Below, in pieces: positions 28,701 to 42,666 of a stretch of 64,000 nucleotides of DNA. The position numbers and the translations under genes were made by a program. The stretch lies in assembly GCA_964035545.1 (NCBI GenBank), contig OZ037765.1, positions 17,236,995-17,300,994 of the forward strand, in the 5' to 3' direction. Within the stretch, counting starts at the first letter, position 1. Each line of letters starts with the position of its first letter. A model generated the notes under the pieces. It did not search any database. It saw only the letters and a list, made by a program, of their open reading frames with translations, and was not told where the DNA came from. This stretch comes from Bugula neritina. Its lineage: Eukaryota; Animalia; Bryozoa.

Positions 28701-29907
28701 CTACCAACTATCTGCTACCAACTATCTGCTACCAACTATCTGCTACCAACTATCTGTTACTAACTATCTGCTACCAACTATCTGTTACTAACTATCTGTT
28801 ACCAACTATCTGCTACCAACTATCTGCTACCAACTATCTGCTACCAACTATCTGTTACCAACTATCTGTTACTAACTATCTGCTACCAACTATCTGCTAC
28901 CAACTATCTGCTACCAACTATCTGCTACCAACTATCTGCTACCAACTATCTGCTACCAACTATCTGCTACCAACTATCTGCTACTAACTATTTGCTACCA
29001 ACTATTTGCTACCAACTATTTGCTACCAACTATCTGTTACTAACTATCTGTTACTAACTATCTGCTACCAACTGTCTGTTACTAACTATTTGCCACCATT
29101 GTTCACATACCAACCATCATCATCTGAGCTGCACATATTTAGCTGAAAACTCAATACTATATGATTTATCAGAGCTAAGTATCTTTATATTAACACTAGT
29201 TGTTGCACGACTATTTTTGATATTTGAATATATTTTAAGCTTTCAATAATACATAATTGTAGTAAGTTGGTTATTCAGCCCTTGAATGCCTTTCTAAATT
29301 ATTGTTTTGCTTGTTTGTGACTGAAGGACCAATCTATTATTTTAAAACTAAGGAATAATTTTAAAACTATGGTGTAATATGCTGATACAACAAGGAAGGG
29401 TGAAATCTATGCCTTCCCTTGTATCATTACACACAATAAGTCTATTTTACCCTCCAGATTCTTTAATGAGCCCATATTTCTTGGAAAGTTCAAATGGAAT
29501 TTATATAAGTTATTGGCTCGAATGCTTAAATTAATGTAACATAAATGTAGTTCATGTGTCATGATTGAATATTATAATATCTTGCCCCACAAGAGGTGTT
29601 AGGCAGCTGCCACAAAGTGTGAGATGGTGGTGACAGGTTGCTGCTAGCCAATAGTTAAGCTTTCATAAACCCAAACATACTGCTTATCAACCAGTTTATG
29701 TGTATTGAGCAGATATTAGGAATGGCTATGGTGTCCATGTGTTTCCAACTGATGCAAGATGAGATAGTGGCAAAGGTCAACTGGCTTTTGCAAAAGTGTA
29801 AACCGAAAGGTAAAAGCTCTAAGACATCTGATAATAAGACTGAAGGAGAAGAATCTACTCTAGTAGCAGCTCATCCAACTGTGATCTCTAATTCAGAAAA
29901 AGTTTAG
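19706..29907 (+). CDS. Two-pore-domain potassium channel (K2P/TWiK family), copy 3, ~403 aa
   Basis: Exons: 19706-19744 ([15 protein letters not shown] donor, tentative), 24402-24855, 25680-25861, 26314-26476, 26863-27041, 29713-29907 (TAG); 1212 nt, in frame. Filters TTIG|YGV and STIGFGD; M2 motif YTIIGLP. Confidence 0.9.
21003..21480. repeat. 8-bp microsatellite (GGTATATA/TGTATATA)n, ~480 bp
   Basis: Directly visible tandem array in the putative first intron of K2P copy 3. Confidence 0.97.
26495..26692. repeat. 7-bp microsatellite (ATATTAT)n
   Basis: Directly visible; gives the IIYYILY repeat in ORF 26329..26748. Confidence 0.97.
27371..29098. repeat. 14-bp minisatellite (CTACCAACTATCTG / TTACTAACTATCTG variants), ~1.7 kb, ~120 units
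   Basis: Directly visible tandem array in the last intron of K2P copy 3. Confidence 0.98.
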
Positions 29908-32900
29908 ATAGCTTCAAGCCATACCTACAGCTTCTAGCTTCTAATATCTACAGAAAACAGTCTGTATTGGAGTTATGTTCTACATGACAGTTCAATATTT
30001 TTGTGCATGTGTTAAGTGGAAATTGAAAACATGAAAAAAATTTCTTCCTCCAAGTTAAAACTATGAACAATATATTTTATGATGTTGTTTGTTTTGGAGT
30101 TATCATGCTTTTGAGGTTGTGCATATTTTAACCTTAAATAACTGTGTGTTCATGCTTGTTATTTCGTATTTTCTTTGACTTTAAATATTGCTAAGCAAAA
30201 CATTCAATACATGTTTCTAAATGACAACTTAGTTTATATAAAGTAACTGGTAAAGTGATAAAATGTGTATAACAATTACAAGCAAGGCTATTTGTTAAAA
30301 ACCACTTTTGCGCTCAGTGAACAAAATTTTAGATACCTGGGTTTACTATTTTAAAAATTCCAGACATTAAAAAAAAGAATAGAAAGCCTGGGGAAGGAAG
30401 GGAGGGGTGAGAGAGAAGGGACTGAGTATTGCTCATCCTAACTTTTTGTAAATCTGTCCAAAGGCAAAGTATTCCAACTTATAATTAACTTGCTTTAATA
30501 TTAGAAAATAAAAAAAGAACTCTTAATTCATAGCTTGATTAAAATAATAAGTAATAAAACTCTAAAACCCAGTCGTTCAAACAAAAATTTGATAAGCAAT
30601 AAAATAAATATTAATGAGAAAATAACTAAAACCAATTATACTGGCATGTGATGGGCAATTTTTGAGAGTTGTTTTCTCATGTGTCACCTTCATTTCCATT
30701 AATCTTTTCTTGTAAGAAAAGTAATACAACACAATCTATTGTGTAGTTGGTTTGCTTTCAACAATTCTCAAACATCATTTATATGAAGTTAATAATCTTG
30801 AAATATCAACCACTATTATCCATTGATTATATTATAGTCTATTCTCTACGAATTGCAAGCCTATTACAGCATAATATACAGTATATTATATCCTATAGTA
30901 TACGTAGTTTAAAATATGAATCATAATAGTCTATAACTTTGTCATGTCTAAGAGCAAAGTAACACACCCTGACACAAAACTTTAAATCTGAAGTCTAAAA
31001 TAATTAGTTTGAAGAGGTCTTTTTTATTTTCACTCTACATACACATTCCATGGCAATATTAAGAAAAATTGTCATCTCAACTCTTGAAATAATTAATGTC
31101 TTTCTCGTTATGCAATGCCACCAGCTTCTAGCCAGAACTAATTTGTTTGGTAAAATCCCATTAGTTCTACAACCTCAGCACTCATTTCAGCAGGTGAAAT
31201 ATGGACTTTTTCATTTAAATTAATTTTTTTAGTCTATATGCAATACTGCATATTTTATTATAAAAATGAAATTATTATATTAATAGAATTTCCAGATATT
31301 TTCCACTAGCTAACTAATACAAACACTGGCCAGGTGGTGGTTGACAAAATGTCTGCAGTATAAAATCCTCTCAGCACTGGTTATGCAATTTTTTATATTT
31401 AAAGCCTTTTATTCTCTGTGGTTGTTGTGCATGCATTCTGAGTCAGGGAGTGGTTTAGCTGCAACACATCTCTTTACAAAGCAGGTTTACCACCTGAAAT
31501 GGCAGAAAGGAGCAAATTTCCAGAATTTTCTTTTTAAACTTCGCATTCCAGCCGACTAGCTCTAACAAGGTGGCACTGAAGATGAAGACTAGTTTTAAAG
31601 TTGAATCCACTCATCTTTCTCAGTAGAAGTAGTTGAAGCAATATCATTATGAATATAGCCGTTACACTCTATGCAGTTTGTCTCTGTATAGAGCTATAGC
31701 GGATGAAGAATAATGATAGTAATTGTTAAATGGTCAACACTGCAGGTTAGCTAATAACAACTATTATTTTTGCCAATAGCATCAGCTGGTAACACCTGCT
31801 GCTTTTCATAATTGAATATTTATCAATATCCACTGAGAAAAGTTATTGCTGGAATTTTTTTAGGAGTGAAACCGGTGGTGCAATACCTCGAGCTAGATAA
31901 CAATAAGTGTCACAAACAGCATGCCAAAATTCTGTCGGCTGTTTGGAAATAATTAAATATACATTTATTTATATTTGGCAATTCCATGTGGTAATGCTGA
32001 GTAAAGTCAGAATACTTTTGCACTTATCAATTTTTGCACTGAAGCAAAATTCGTATGTATATCATTCTTTCAAATCCATTTACTTTATAACTAACTACAC
32101 TCTTGCATGATTTACTCTGTTGCAGTCATAATAACATGACAGTATTAGTTGTATATAATCTTGCCAGATGTGTTTGCCTCTACAAAAAAGCTATAACTCA
32201 CTCTCCTCTTAGCCAGAATAGAGTGTGAGACCTTTCATTATATTATAGGTTATATAAGAAAATATTTGCTTGAAAAACAACAAAGATATTATTACAGCTT
32301 ATAAAACTGTTGTTCTACACTAGTAACATAAAGTGTTAAATCTGGCTTATTGCTGGTAGGTTTGTTTTGTTCTCCACAATTCTCATAACTTTGTATAGCT
32401 GAAGTTTTAGTAATGTTCTATTACAGATATTGTTCTAATCAACACAATAATAAATATACATTTTTTGGTCTCTATTATTTTAGCATGTATGTTGGCATTT
32501 AATTAGGCCCTGTGAATAGTTAAACTTGCCTAAATGACTATCAACAATAAAATGACAATATTGTTACAGTTGAGTTTGAATAATTGTCCGGCCATTAGTA
32601 GCACAATACCATTAGTACTAATTATTATTATAGCTCAAAATTACAATACTTTATTGATTGACAATGCACACATTTTTGTTGTATCGCACTTGCTCTTAGA
32701 CAAGGAATACAAACTTTACTTGTATTAGGTGCAGACAAAGTCATTCAATGCTTTTTTGAACAACAAAAATGTTCCAAGTAAAACAAATACTTGGCATTGT
32801 ATGGGAAATAATTTTACGGTACAGTATTTAACATCATGTTATACATTGCAGTCTATCAGGTTTGTAGCTCCGCCTTAGCTTCATTTTAGCAAAGTGCAGT

Positions 32901-33384
32901 TGAATATAGTAAAGGTAAATTACACTTTAATGTGAAAGGCTGGGTTAGTCCACAGGCTATAAAACTTTCAATGATTAATGAAACTGTTAATTGTGACTTC
33001 TAAGGAAGAAAATGATATTAACACAATAAGTTTGGTAAAGCTTTGATTAACATCACTTTTAGTTGTAGTTACACACACACAACACACTCAGCACCCATAC
33101 TTTTTTCTCCAACTTGCAAATTTATGCGCTCAGAAATTGTTATTAAGATATTTTATCAACACTAAGAAAAGATCGACGTAATAACATTACAAGCTTGCTG
33201 GCGAACATTTGACCAACAGGGAGTGATAGTCAGTGTTTGCTCACCGTAGATAAGGAGCGTATCTGCAGCTAAACAAATTCTCTCCTTCAAGCCTACAGTA
33301 AGTGAGCTTATTAACAAATTTAATATCTCTAGCTACAACTACTTTGACGAGGATTCTGTATCACCAGAACATTTGGTTGGCAGG

Positions 33385-36300
33385 ATGAGAAGAGAGAGTT
33401 CTGTATCAATAACAATAGTGCTTCTGGTATTAGCTTTAATTATAAATGTTGACTCTAAAAAAAATAAAGTCAGGGATCCTAAAACCAAGTCGGAATCTAA
33501 GGCACCAGTAATGGACTCAATGATTTGCCCGACATGTGACAGACTCTTTTGCACAGTTCGTAAAGCTAGTCGGCTGCAATGCCCTGGTGGCAAAACTACA
33601 GATATATGTGGTTGCTGTCCAGTTTGTGCCAAACAAGTGGGAGATCCATGCGGTGGCGAGTGGAATTATTTAGGGAAATGTGATGTGGGACTATACTGTA
33701 AGGCCTCCACCGTCAGTATTCATGCACCTATATTGTTTCAAGATATAAAACCTGTGGAGGTGCCGAAAGGAGGAATAGCTGAAGGGACTTGTGTTCAGTG
33801 TAAGTATCTTACTCTAGTCACACTTACAGGTGCATCCTTGTTCAGTTACAGTCAAGTACCATTATTATGCCAAAGTAGCTTCACTAAAATGTTTTGGCAA
33901 AGTTTCCTTATCTACCATAAAATAGTTTGTAAGATATTTTTTTTGCTTTAGGCAGTGGCAAGTACTTTTTAATCGTCTATCATATGGCCATTGTTTTGTA
34001 ATTTTCATCTAAAAATCAATTGCATAGATACGCAATTTTACTATTTGGTCCAATATTTAAGTTGATACAAGAAGGAATTCAAATTTAAAACTGGTCTTGT
34101 GCTAGTAACAGTCTAGTTAATTTAGTCAATTTTACTTTCAAATCTGTAACAGTTAATCATTTATAACAATTGAGAACAAATTAGGCTAAAAAATTCAATT
34201 GCTGTCATGATTTGTAGAGTTAATAATGTTTTCATGACAAGCTAAATAAAAAATTAAGCAAGTTAAAGAGTGTTAAATTGAAAGGCACTGTTTAGCTGTC
34301 ATTAGTTAGATGGTTAATTAGCAAATACTATTATTAGAATTTTCTAAAGTGTTTGAAGTACCTATGTATAGCTAAATTCTTTTTATATACAAGGAATGGA
34401 TTGTAAAATGTCGACTGTGTTGAGATGTATTGGTTAGAAGCTCTTAAAACTCTTCATCTATACATATGTTGTACTAATAGCATTTTCAACAAATTCACAA
34501 ACTCTCCCTACTTAATTAAAAAAGTGTCGATAAATTAGATAAAGCAAGAACTATTTTGCCATTACATATACGGCAAGGGCTTAAGCTACAAAGATTCTGC
34601 AAATTTTTGTATCCATGTGCTTATCAAAATGATCTTAATGCAAGAAGTAATTAATTTGTTACGCTAATAGCTTTGATCTAAGTCATTTAAATTGAAAACA
34701 ACTTTAGAATAAAAGAGGGCAAAATTTAAATTGCAAGATCAAAGAAGGAACTGCATATCATAACTTTCAATGAGTGCCAATGTGGACAAGAAAGCTGGCA
34801 CAGGTTTTATGTTAAATTTGAGTTATATGACAGATTAAACAATTGAGAGGAATATATGAGTAGGCCAGTCATCTATAAAAATTGTCAATATATCATTGTA
34901 TTCTTGTAAAATTTGATGTTATTAACATTTTTACATAAGCCTCTTTTGATCTTTGAGTATAGTAGAAGCATATTTTTTATTTATGGCATCTTTCAAAATA
35001 ACATAAATGTATCATATGTGCCACTGGTTGTGCTGTTCAGCTACACGTTGAGTAGTTATGTCAACATTTGATGTTCAACAGTTTCACTCCAATGACTGAT
35101 CATATACAAAGCTGGCCATGTTTGACTGTGTTATTCACATAGATAGTAAGAAAGAGAATCTTTGTCATTCTTGTATTATGATAACTCATCTAAGCCTGAA
35201 ATACTTGGATGTTCTAATTACATGATGTTGTTAGTCATGAAAATACCAAGCCTCTCATTATTGTTGTAATTTGCATGTATTTCCATAAAACAATCAGCTT
35301 GTCTACTAAAAGAGGTAAATGAGACTCAAGTTATTGGTTGACCAAGCTACAGCAACTATGATATTTAGTGTTATCAGTGAACACATCTTGCGTGTAGTTT
35401 AGAATAACTTCTGGAAACTAAAGGTGTGACAACTGAGGCTGAATGCTGACATATGATACAGTAATATCTTTGAATCTTAACAGTTTACTATATAATAGTC
35501 AGAATTTTAAAAGGTAACAGTTTCCTGGCTAAGTTAGTTAAACAAAGTGTAAATAATGTAAATTCAGCTGTGTAAATATTAAAGAAAGATAGGTTGTGAA
35601 AAGCGATTCCGGTCTGACAAGCCAGCATGTAGATAAGAGGCTATAACATTGCATTGTAACACACATTTCTATCTTGTGAACCTTCACTTAGATTATGACA
35701 AAGAATGTAAAAACATGTTGCAATAATGCTTGTTATCAGAGGAGGGAAAGCTCTGCTTCAAAATAGTAGTAGATTTTTACTAAGTATGTTCTTAGACAGC
35801 TTTATTCAAATAACAATGCTTTCTTAGCAGTTGGTTCTCAAGTTTATTTATAGCACCTTATGCATAACCAGTTTAGGAAAAGTATCTTTTAATTTTTTTT
35901 ATCAAGTAGGAACCGAAAATCATTGGCTGCGTGCATCTTTCAATTTAAAATATTTTAGCATGCAAAGATGTTATTTACTGACGAGCCTATTTAATTTCAT
36001 GCTTTTCCGGTTGTCACTTAAAAATTTCCATAATCTATTACACTGAATGTCATAAAGAGAAATCTATTAAGCTCCCTAAAACTACTCCACTTGCAGTAAA
36101 ACCAAAAACACATTTAAAATTTATTTTTAACAAATACTGTATGTGGATTCTCAATTGTTAGAAGTTATTTTCGTAGTGATGGTATTCTTAGTTGACAATT
36201 GCAATGCGAGGTTACGTGATAATGACAATTCTATCAATGTTAATTATTATGTTCAGAAATGTAAATAATATTAGACTTATGACTTCAAGCATCATTAAGT

Positions 36301-39300
36301 TTATAGAGAGTTTTCATCCTGTTAGATTTCACGGAGCATAATTACTATTATAATATTATGTAGGCTATATCTATCAAGTCGAACATAATAGGTTTTATTT
36401 TGCATTATATGTTTTTGCTAAGGTTATAATCATGTTATTAGCATTGTTATTATTTTTTGTTAGCTAAATGTATCCTCTATTATACAGAACGTATAGGCTA
36501 CACGCAACATATAGTGAGGGGTTATAAAACTGATAAAAATTCTTGGTATTAATATTAAATAGTTACACTAAGTATCACTAAAGGATATCTTCTTGGGAAA
36601 TGAGTAAGACATACCAACATCATATTATTACAAATCAGAAGAATGCATGATGCAGTGTTCTTTTATAGTATGTCCTGTAACACTAGCTAGTTATAAAACC
36701 TTCACATAATGAATGAGCAAAGTAATTTTTATATTAGGAACCATGGTCTTAGATTACTAGTCCTGGGGGCTTTTGAAAGGATGTTCCAGTATGAAAAATC
36801 TATAAATAAACAAAACTGCAGGCAATAATATTTGGATAAACAGACAAATGCTTTATAGAACTGCATGTATTCGGTATTAAAATATCCTTTGACATTGTGT
36901 TTTTTTCCAATAGAATTGACACTTTTGCAAAGAGAGTTGATTATATGTAACATAGTTTGATAAAACATTATCTAGAACTGCCATGCTAACTGTTGACCTA
37001 CACCAAAAAATGGAATCACTAAAAGTGTAGGTATTAGCATGGATTGTGGCCACCCCTGGCCACCTATAGTTTCCATATTACTTGTCTGGTTAAGACTGAT
37101 AGATTGTAGGTCAATGTATAATCAATAGAGAATTTTGCTCTGTTTAGCAAAATATTATTCTATTTTTCTATGCATACTAATAAGTGTTAATTAATTCATA
37201 AGAGAACAAATCTTACTTTGTTTATATATGAAATAAGGTGCCCAAATCAATGCTTATAAAATAACAAAAGTTGTTTTGGGTCTTACATTCAAACTCACTT
37301 AGGCATACACAGTTTAGTTATGTTGTGAAACACATTATAAAGTGGAAAATTTGCTCAGTCAATACTGAATAAAATACCTAGATATAAAACAACTGCAATG
37401 TTTAGAAAACTATTATTTTATTTAAAGCAAATACATGCAATGATAGTTATTAATTAATGACATAACAGTGTAAAGCCAGGTGTGAAGGTATTTGGGCGCC
37501 CAAGACAAAGCACTACTGTTAGGTTGACACTTCAACACAATGCATTTTGAATTTGTGAAATTCCAACTCAGTAAGCAATAGTTTTATTGTAGTCATTAAC
37601 ATTTATCCCTCTCTGCTATGACAATATAATTTAGACACTTTATTTCCAGTGCAAGAAATGATCCCAAATGATGCTAATCCACATTTAAAGAATACAAACA
37701 GCTTCAAACCTAAATGTCAGCCTAAATGTTCCCCAGAATTTTGTCTGAAGAACCCCAGATCAATATGTTCAGCAGTGTAAGTATAATTCTAGCTGACTTT
37801 TATATTTAGTGATTGCTTTTGGTGACAGTGAAACAAACTCAAACAAACACTATAGGTATGCAAAATATTAGTAACTCCATCAGTCAAAAATGAAAATTAA
37901 GAGTAATATGTGTTGCATAGAGAAAAATGCGCCAGTCTAAATTTCTTGTAGTAAAAAGCCTTATATGTTAAAAAATAAACATTGCAAATGGCCAGTGAAT
38001 TTAGTCAAAAATTTTGGTGCGCCTCAAAGTTGGCTACTTAATATTAGACTATGGCTATACGAGTTATGCAGTAGGCAAAAGTTTTGGCTATTCTGAATAA
38101 ATGATTTGTCAAAGCAGTATGCAAATGATATTATTAGCTTTACGAAAGAATACACAAAATGACACATGGCACCTCCAATACATCATCAACAGCTCAAACT
38201 GGTACAATGCAGTAGGTTAGTCACTCTCAACACTGTCCTTCCATTTATTATCATTATGACACAAATGCTAACAATTTTTACTAATGATTTATTAATTTAA
38301 TGCCTATAATTAACTGTTTGAAAAATATTTGACGATCATAACTGTCAAAATGTAATTTCATATTTAAATTAATTTAAACAAATTGACAATGTAAAAATGT
38401 TTTTCAGTTTTTATAACGAGCAAAAATAAATAGGTAAGCAGTAAATATAAAAATAAAAAATTGCTTCTAAAAACATTCTTTATACTATATTACATATAAT
38501 ATTTCTGTTTACCAGCTATATGAGTAAGAAAGTTTTTATCAGCAGATAACAGAAGTTTTGAAACCTTTAATATTTTGTGTAATTAAGCCACAATCTTTTT
38601 ATATCACTAATAGTCAACATTGTCTTATCAGATGCTACATGGCCACGGTATGCAATAAAGCTTACCGTCTTCATATCTATAATCATTTTTGTAGCCCTAT
38701 GAATCTAATGTAAATACTTGAATTCTATCCTCCTCTATGGCCAGCTGGTTTTGGAGTGCTCTGTTTATGTGACGTTGAACTTAGAAAATTTTATAGAACC
38801 ATGCAATGCCAAGGTTTTCTGTGAATACTTTGCTTTGATTTTCTTAGGACAGTTGCTTTATTTTTAATTATACGAGTGCTTTATATATGAGTCATAGCCT
38901 CAATATATCATTATTCAGAGTAAAATAGTTAAATAAAAATAATGAGCATCTGAATATTTTTTAACCTGCATTTTTTGTTTTAAGAAATTAATTTAGTTGT
39001 AGTCAAGTCTTAAAAATTGAAAACTGACCGCAGAGGCCCCATGGTGAAATATTACTTGGAACAATATTGTGTAAGAATACTAAAAATAACCAGAAGACTA
39101 ACTTTACATATAAAAGCACTTTAACGAATTATTAATAGCCATTTCTTGCATATATGTTTTAAAAATATATCCTTCACTCATGGAATGTACATACACAGTA
39201 TATGATTGTACTTTGGACACATAGACAAACTGCAAATTATAATAATAGACAATTTGATAATTGAGTAGAAAAGGAAATTTATCATAGAGGCATACATGTA

Positions 39301-40979
39301 TACTCTGCCTGATAGACAGTTGTCTGTGAAGTTAGAAACATAAATAAATTAATAAGTTTAATCATTTGTTTCAATGGAGAACATCATTGATGTGTGTAAT
39401 AATTAGAGTAATGTTATGAACATAATGGCAATTTTATTAAAATATGTGACTATTTTTCAAAAGTTGAAAAGATAAATTAATGTAAAGCCATCATCAATTA
39501 ATGTGGCCCGAGATGAAAGTGAATTGTAATTAGCAATAAATCTGGTACAAAATATGGTATGAAAAATATGAATGAATTGTTTTTGGTGTAATAGAATTCA
39601 ACTGATAGGGATGATGGAATTTTGAAAAATCCTGGCTATATAACAGATGTTAGGCTAGCATGACAGGCATATTAGATGAATGTGAAATTATATTCTGATT
39701 TGAATGTTTGCAGTGATGTTGTTGATATGAAGAGAGAATGCCATGGGTCATGTCAACATACCTCATGCCAAGCATGCTCGTGGGTAGACCCTGAACCAGA
39801 CTGTGGAGCTTGCTTGCCAGATGATATTCACTGCATTAAAAGATTCGCAAAATGCATAAAAAGAAGCACATGCACCAGATCTAAATTCCCCTGTAAAAGC
39901 ATTGAGGTAAATGGAATTACCTATTTACTATTAAATCTAGCTATTGCAGCATACAAAGAAAAATGCAGAATTTTTCCAGAATAACATGGGAGAAGAAATG
40001 TTAATATAAAGCAGTGGCAGTGCATAAGTAGTAGTTTTCACTTTAGCTGCTGGGAGAATATACAATAGCCTGTAAAGTAATGGAGTTTGAAAAGGTACAA
40101 GTGTTATACAGGGTAGAATGTCACATCAGATAAGAACATGAGAGCTAAGTGTCACTTACCAAATTAGCTATCATTAACTAATTACAATTTGTAAACTTCC
40201 ATATGCCACTGCCCTTTCTTCAATACATAATTTCACAGTAGTATGAGAATGGGGTTGGACTAGACACCAGTTTGTGTTCAAAGAACAATATTAACAATGT
40301 GATGTGACAGCTTTCATCTAACTGTAAAATTTATTTTAAAGTTAAAAAGGAGTTGATTATGAAGGCTCCTTGGCATAATTTCAAGTGCTATAGAGAATAA
40401 TTCACGCAGTAAGACATCCATTCTACATAAAATTATATTCAACTCGTATACAAGGATTTGATGCAAGAGTGGAGATAAGCAACTCTTGTACCCAGTAAAG
40501 TGACTACACAGCAATTAGTTCTGCTATTTCTATGTTGATTATGTGCGTATAATAAATCTTGTTATTTAACGCTAATTGCAGTAGATATTGTAACTCAAGC
40601 AGATTTGTTAACAAAAGCAAATGGTTGAGTTCTGTTAGGAGAGCATCAGGTTACAGATTCAGCTTAGCAACTTTCTGGTTATCAGAATAAGCATTTAGTA
40701 CACCACTATTGACTTACACTTCATTATACATCTTGTTATCTCATATATTCAGGTCCATTAACAAGTCGCACCAGTTAACACCTATACCGACATTGTATAA
40801 TATCGGCAATGCATATAATAGTCTAAGTAAAACGATACCACCGTACACTATACATTACACAGCAATTTATCTAATCTATACTGAATAAAAATTTTCAGAA
40901 TTGTTGTTTTATGTTTTAGGATGGAGACCATGTGGGCAAGTTTCAGTGTATGGTACCTAAGTGCCTAGACAAATCATAG
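33385..40979 (+). CDS. Secreted IGFBP N-terminal (IB) domain protein with a cysteine-rich C-terminal region, 264 aa
   Basis: Exons: 33385-33799, 37650-37776, 39714-39906, 40920-40979 (TAG); 795 nt, phases consistent. Signal-peptide-like [24 protein letters not shown]; 12-Cys IB domain with [18 protein letters not shown]...GKCDVGLYC; 16 further Cys in exons 2-4. Confidence 0.88.
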
Positions 40980-42666
40980 TTATTTTACCGTTGGCATTGT
41001 GAAAATAACGATGAATGCTGCGAAGCTAGAAAATCTTGTGCCCCAAGTTTGTACCATTTCCAGTGCAGGCATTGATGTTACTATATCAAGATACATCTTC
41101 CCTGGGCCGTCTCATGATTCACTACCGCAGCATTAAAGGCAAAGGGCTTGCCTGATGCCAAAGATTATAATTATCATTCTTTTCAATGATTCAATGCTTA
41201 ATTGATACTATGTACCTTTATCTCTATTTATTTCTACCATTACAGTATGTATTTTAATATGTTACTGACTAACGTAAATTACACCTTGTAATGTAAAATA
41301 TGTTGTCTATTTTCTTCAACTACTTACATACATGTAGATGGTATCTACTCTATTTTTTTATCGAAAAGTAGCTTACATGTGAGCTTGGCATAGCTAGAAC
41401 AATTTAGTACCCATCTGTACATAATGTTTTATTTGAATACAAAATTAGGCAATCCTTGAATCACAAATGATGGTTTAGAATAGATGGAAAAAAATTAATT
41501 TTTTTGGATAAAAATCTTGTGGCAAAAATCTCTATTATGTATAAAATTATGTTTCATATTTATACTCCAATTGCTTAATGCAAGCATTTTGTCCATATAT
41601 ACGTATTATTTTAAATTCATCTATAGTAAGACATTCTTACCATTATAGACACTTTTTAACGGTAGATGTGCATGCCTGATTCTCCTTAAATGCAAGCCAA
41701 GTATTTGACTGAAAGATATAAAAATTCGAAAATTTAAACCGGAATAAACAGCAGTGCTATGTTTAGCTGGAGTGACTGAAAGTTAGTTTTTAATTCTATA
41801 AAATGTTTGAACAAAGTGGGAGCAGAAGCCGACACATTAAAATTTGATAGAGGATCAGGCATAACTTCTAGCACCTTACTCGAGCTGTCATATATACTTT
41901 AACATGTGCAACTTTACTCAACTGCAGTATCTAACATTAGTCAATGTTTGTTGTATATTATTGAACTAAATATATATATTATTACATAAACAGCAATGAC
42001 AAGTCTAGTGCTTTTAACATCACACAGTAAATATAAGTGACATTTAGATGTGTCCTTGCACATCTTTTCCTTCTATGCCCATAAAATGACACCCATTAAG
42101 ATTACACAAACTTTGTATTAAGGAATGGAATGCAAGTTGTGTAAGATGCTGAAATAAGCTGCACGATGGTGATTAGTGTCATGTTTTAACCCATTCAATT
42201 AAGAAGTGTCAAACAAGTGAAAATCATGAAAACCCAAAATTGTTTTACAACTAATCCAACTTAGAACATTAACAACTTTTCAAAAAAATTTAGCACAAAT
42301 AACCACTGTATTATGTACAACCACGTAATGTCTTATATATACAATCAGATAGAAGTTTTAAACAGGTTAAACAGAGCATATTTGGGAATTATGTTTATAT
42401 TACATTTATATTACATGATTTGCAAGTCTGTATAATAGAAATCAGCATATCACACGGTGAGGAGATGCAGCTACTCCGCATGTAAGAGTTGCTCAACAAT
42501 TGAGGCGGGAAACTAATCCATTAGTTGGTTATGTCTGCTGTTAGGAGATAAAGTTTTATCTTTTATCAATTTATTCCTTTTTTATGCCCTGACATAAAAA
42601 GAACCTTCAATCACTGAGACAGTAGCTTAAGAAACAGATCTGTAGATATATTCGTCTTCAACAACC

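Noticed and set aside
27371-29098. Regular repeat arrays here and at 45642-46244 considered as CRISPR-like
   Set aside because: Head-to-tail units with no unique spacers, in a eukaryotic intron, with no cas genes.
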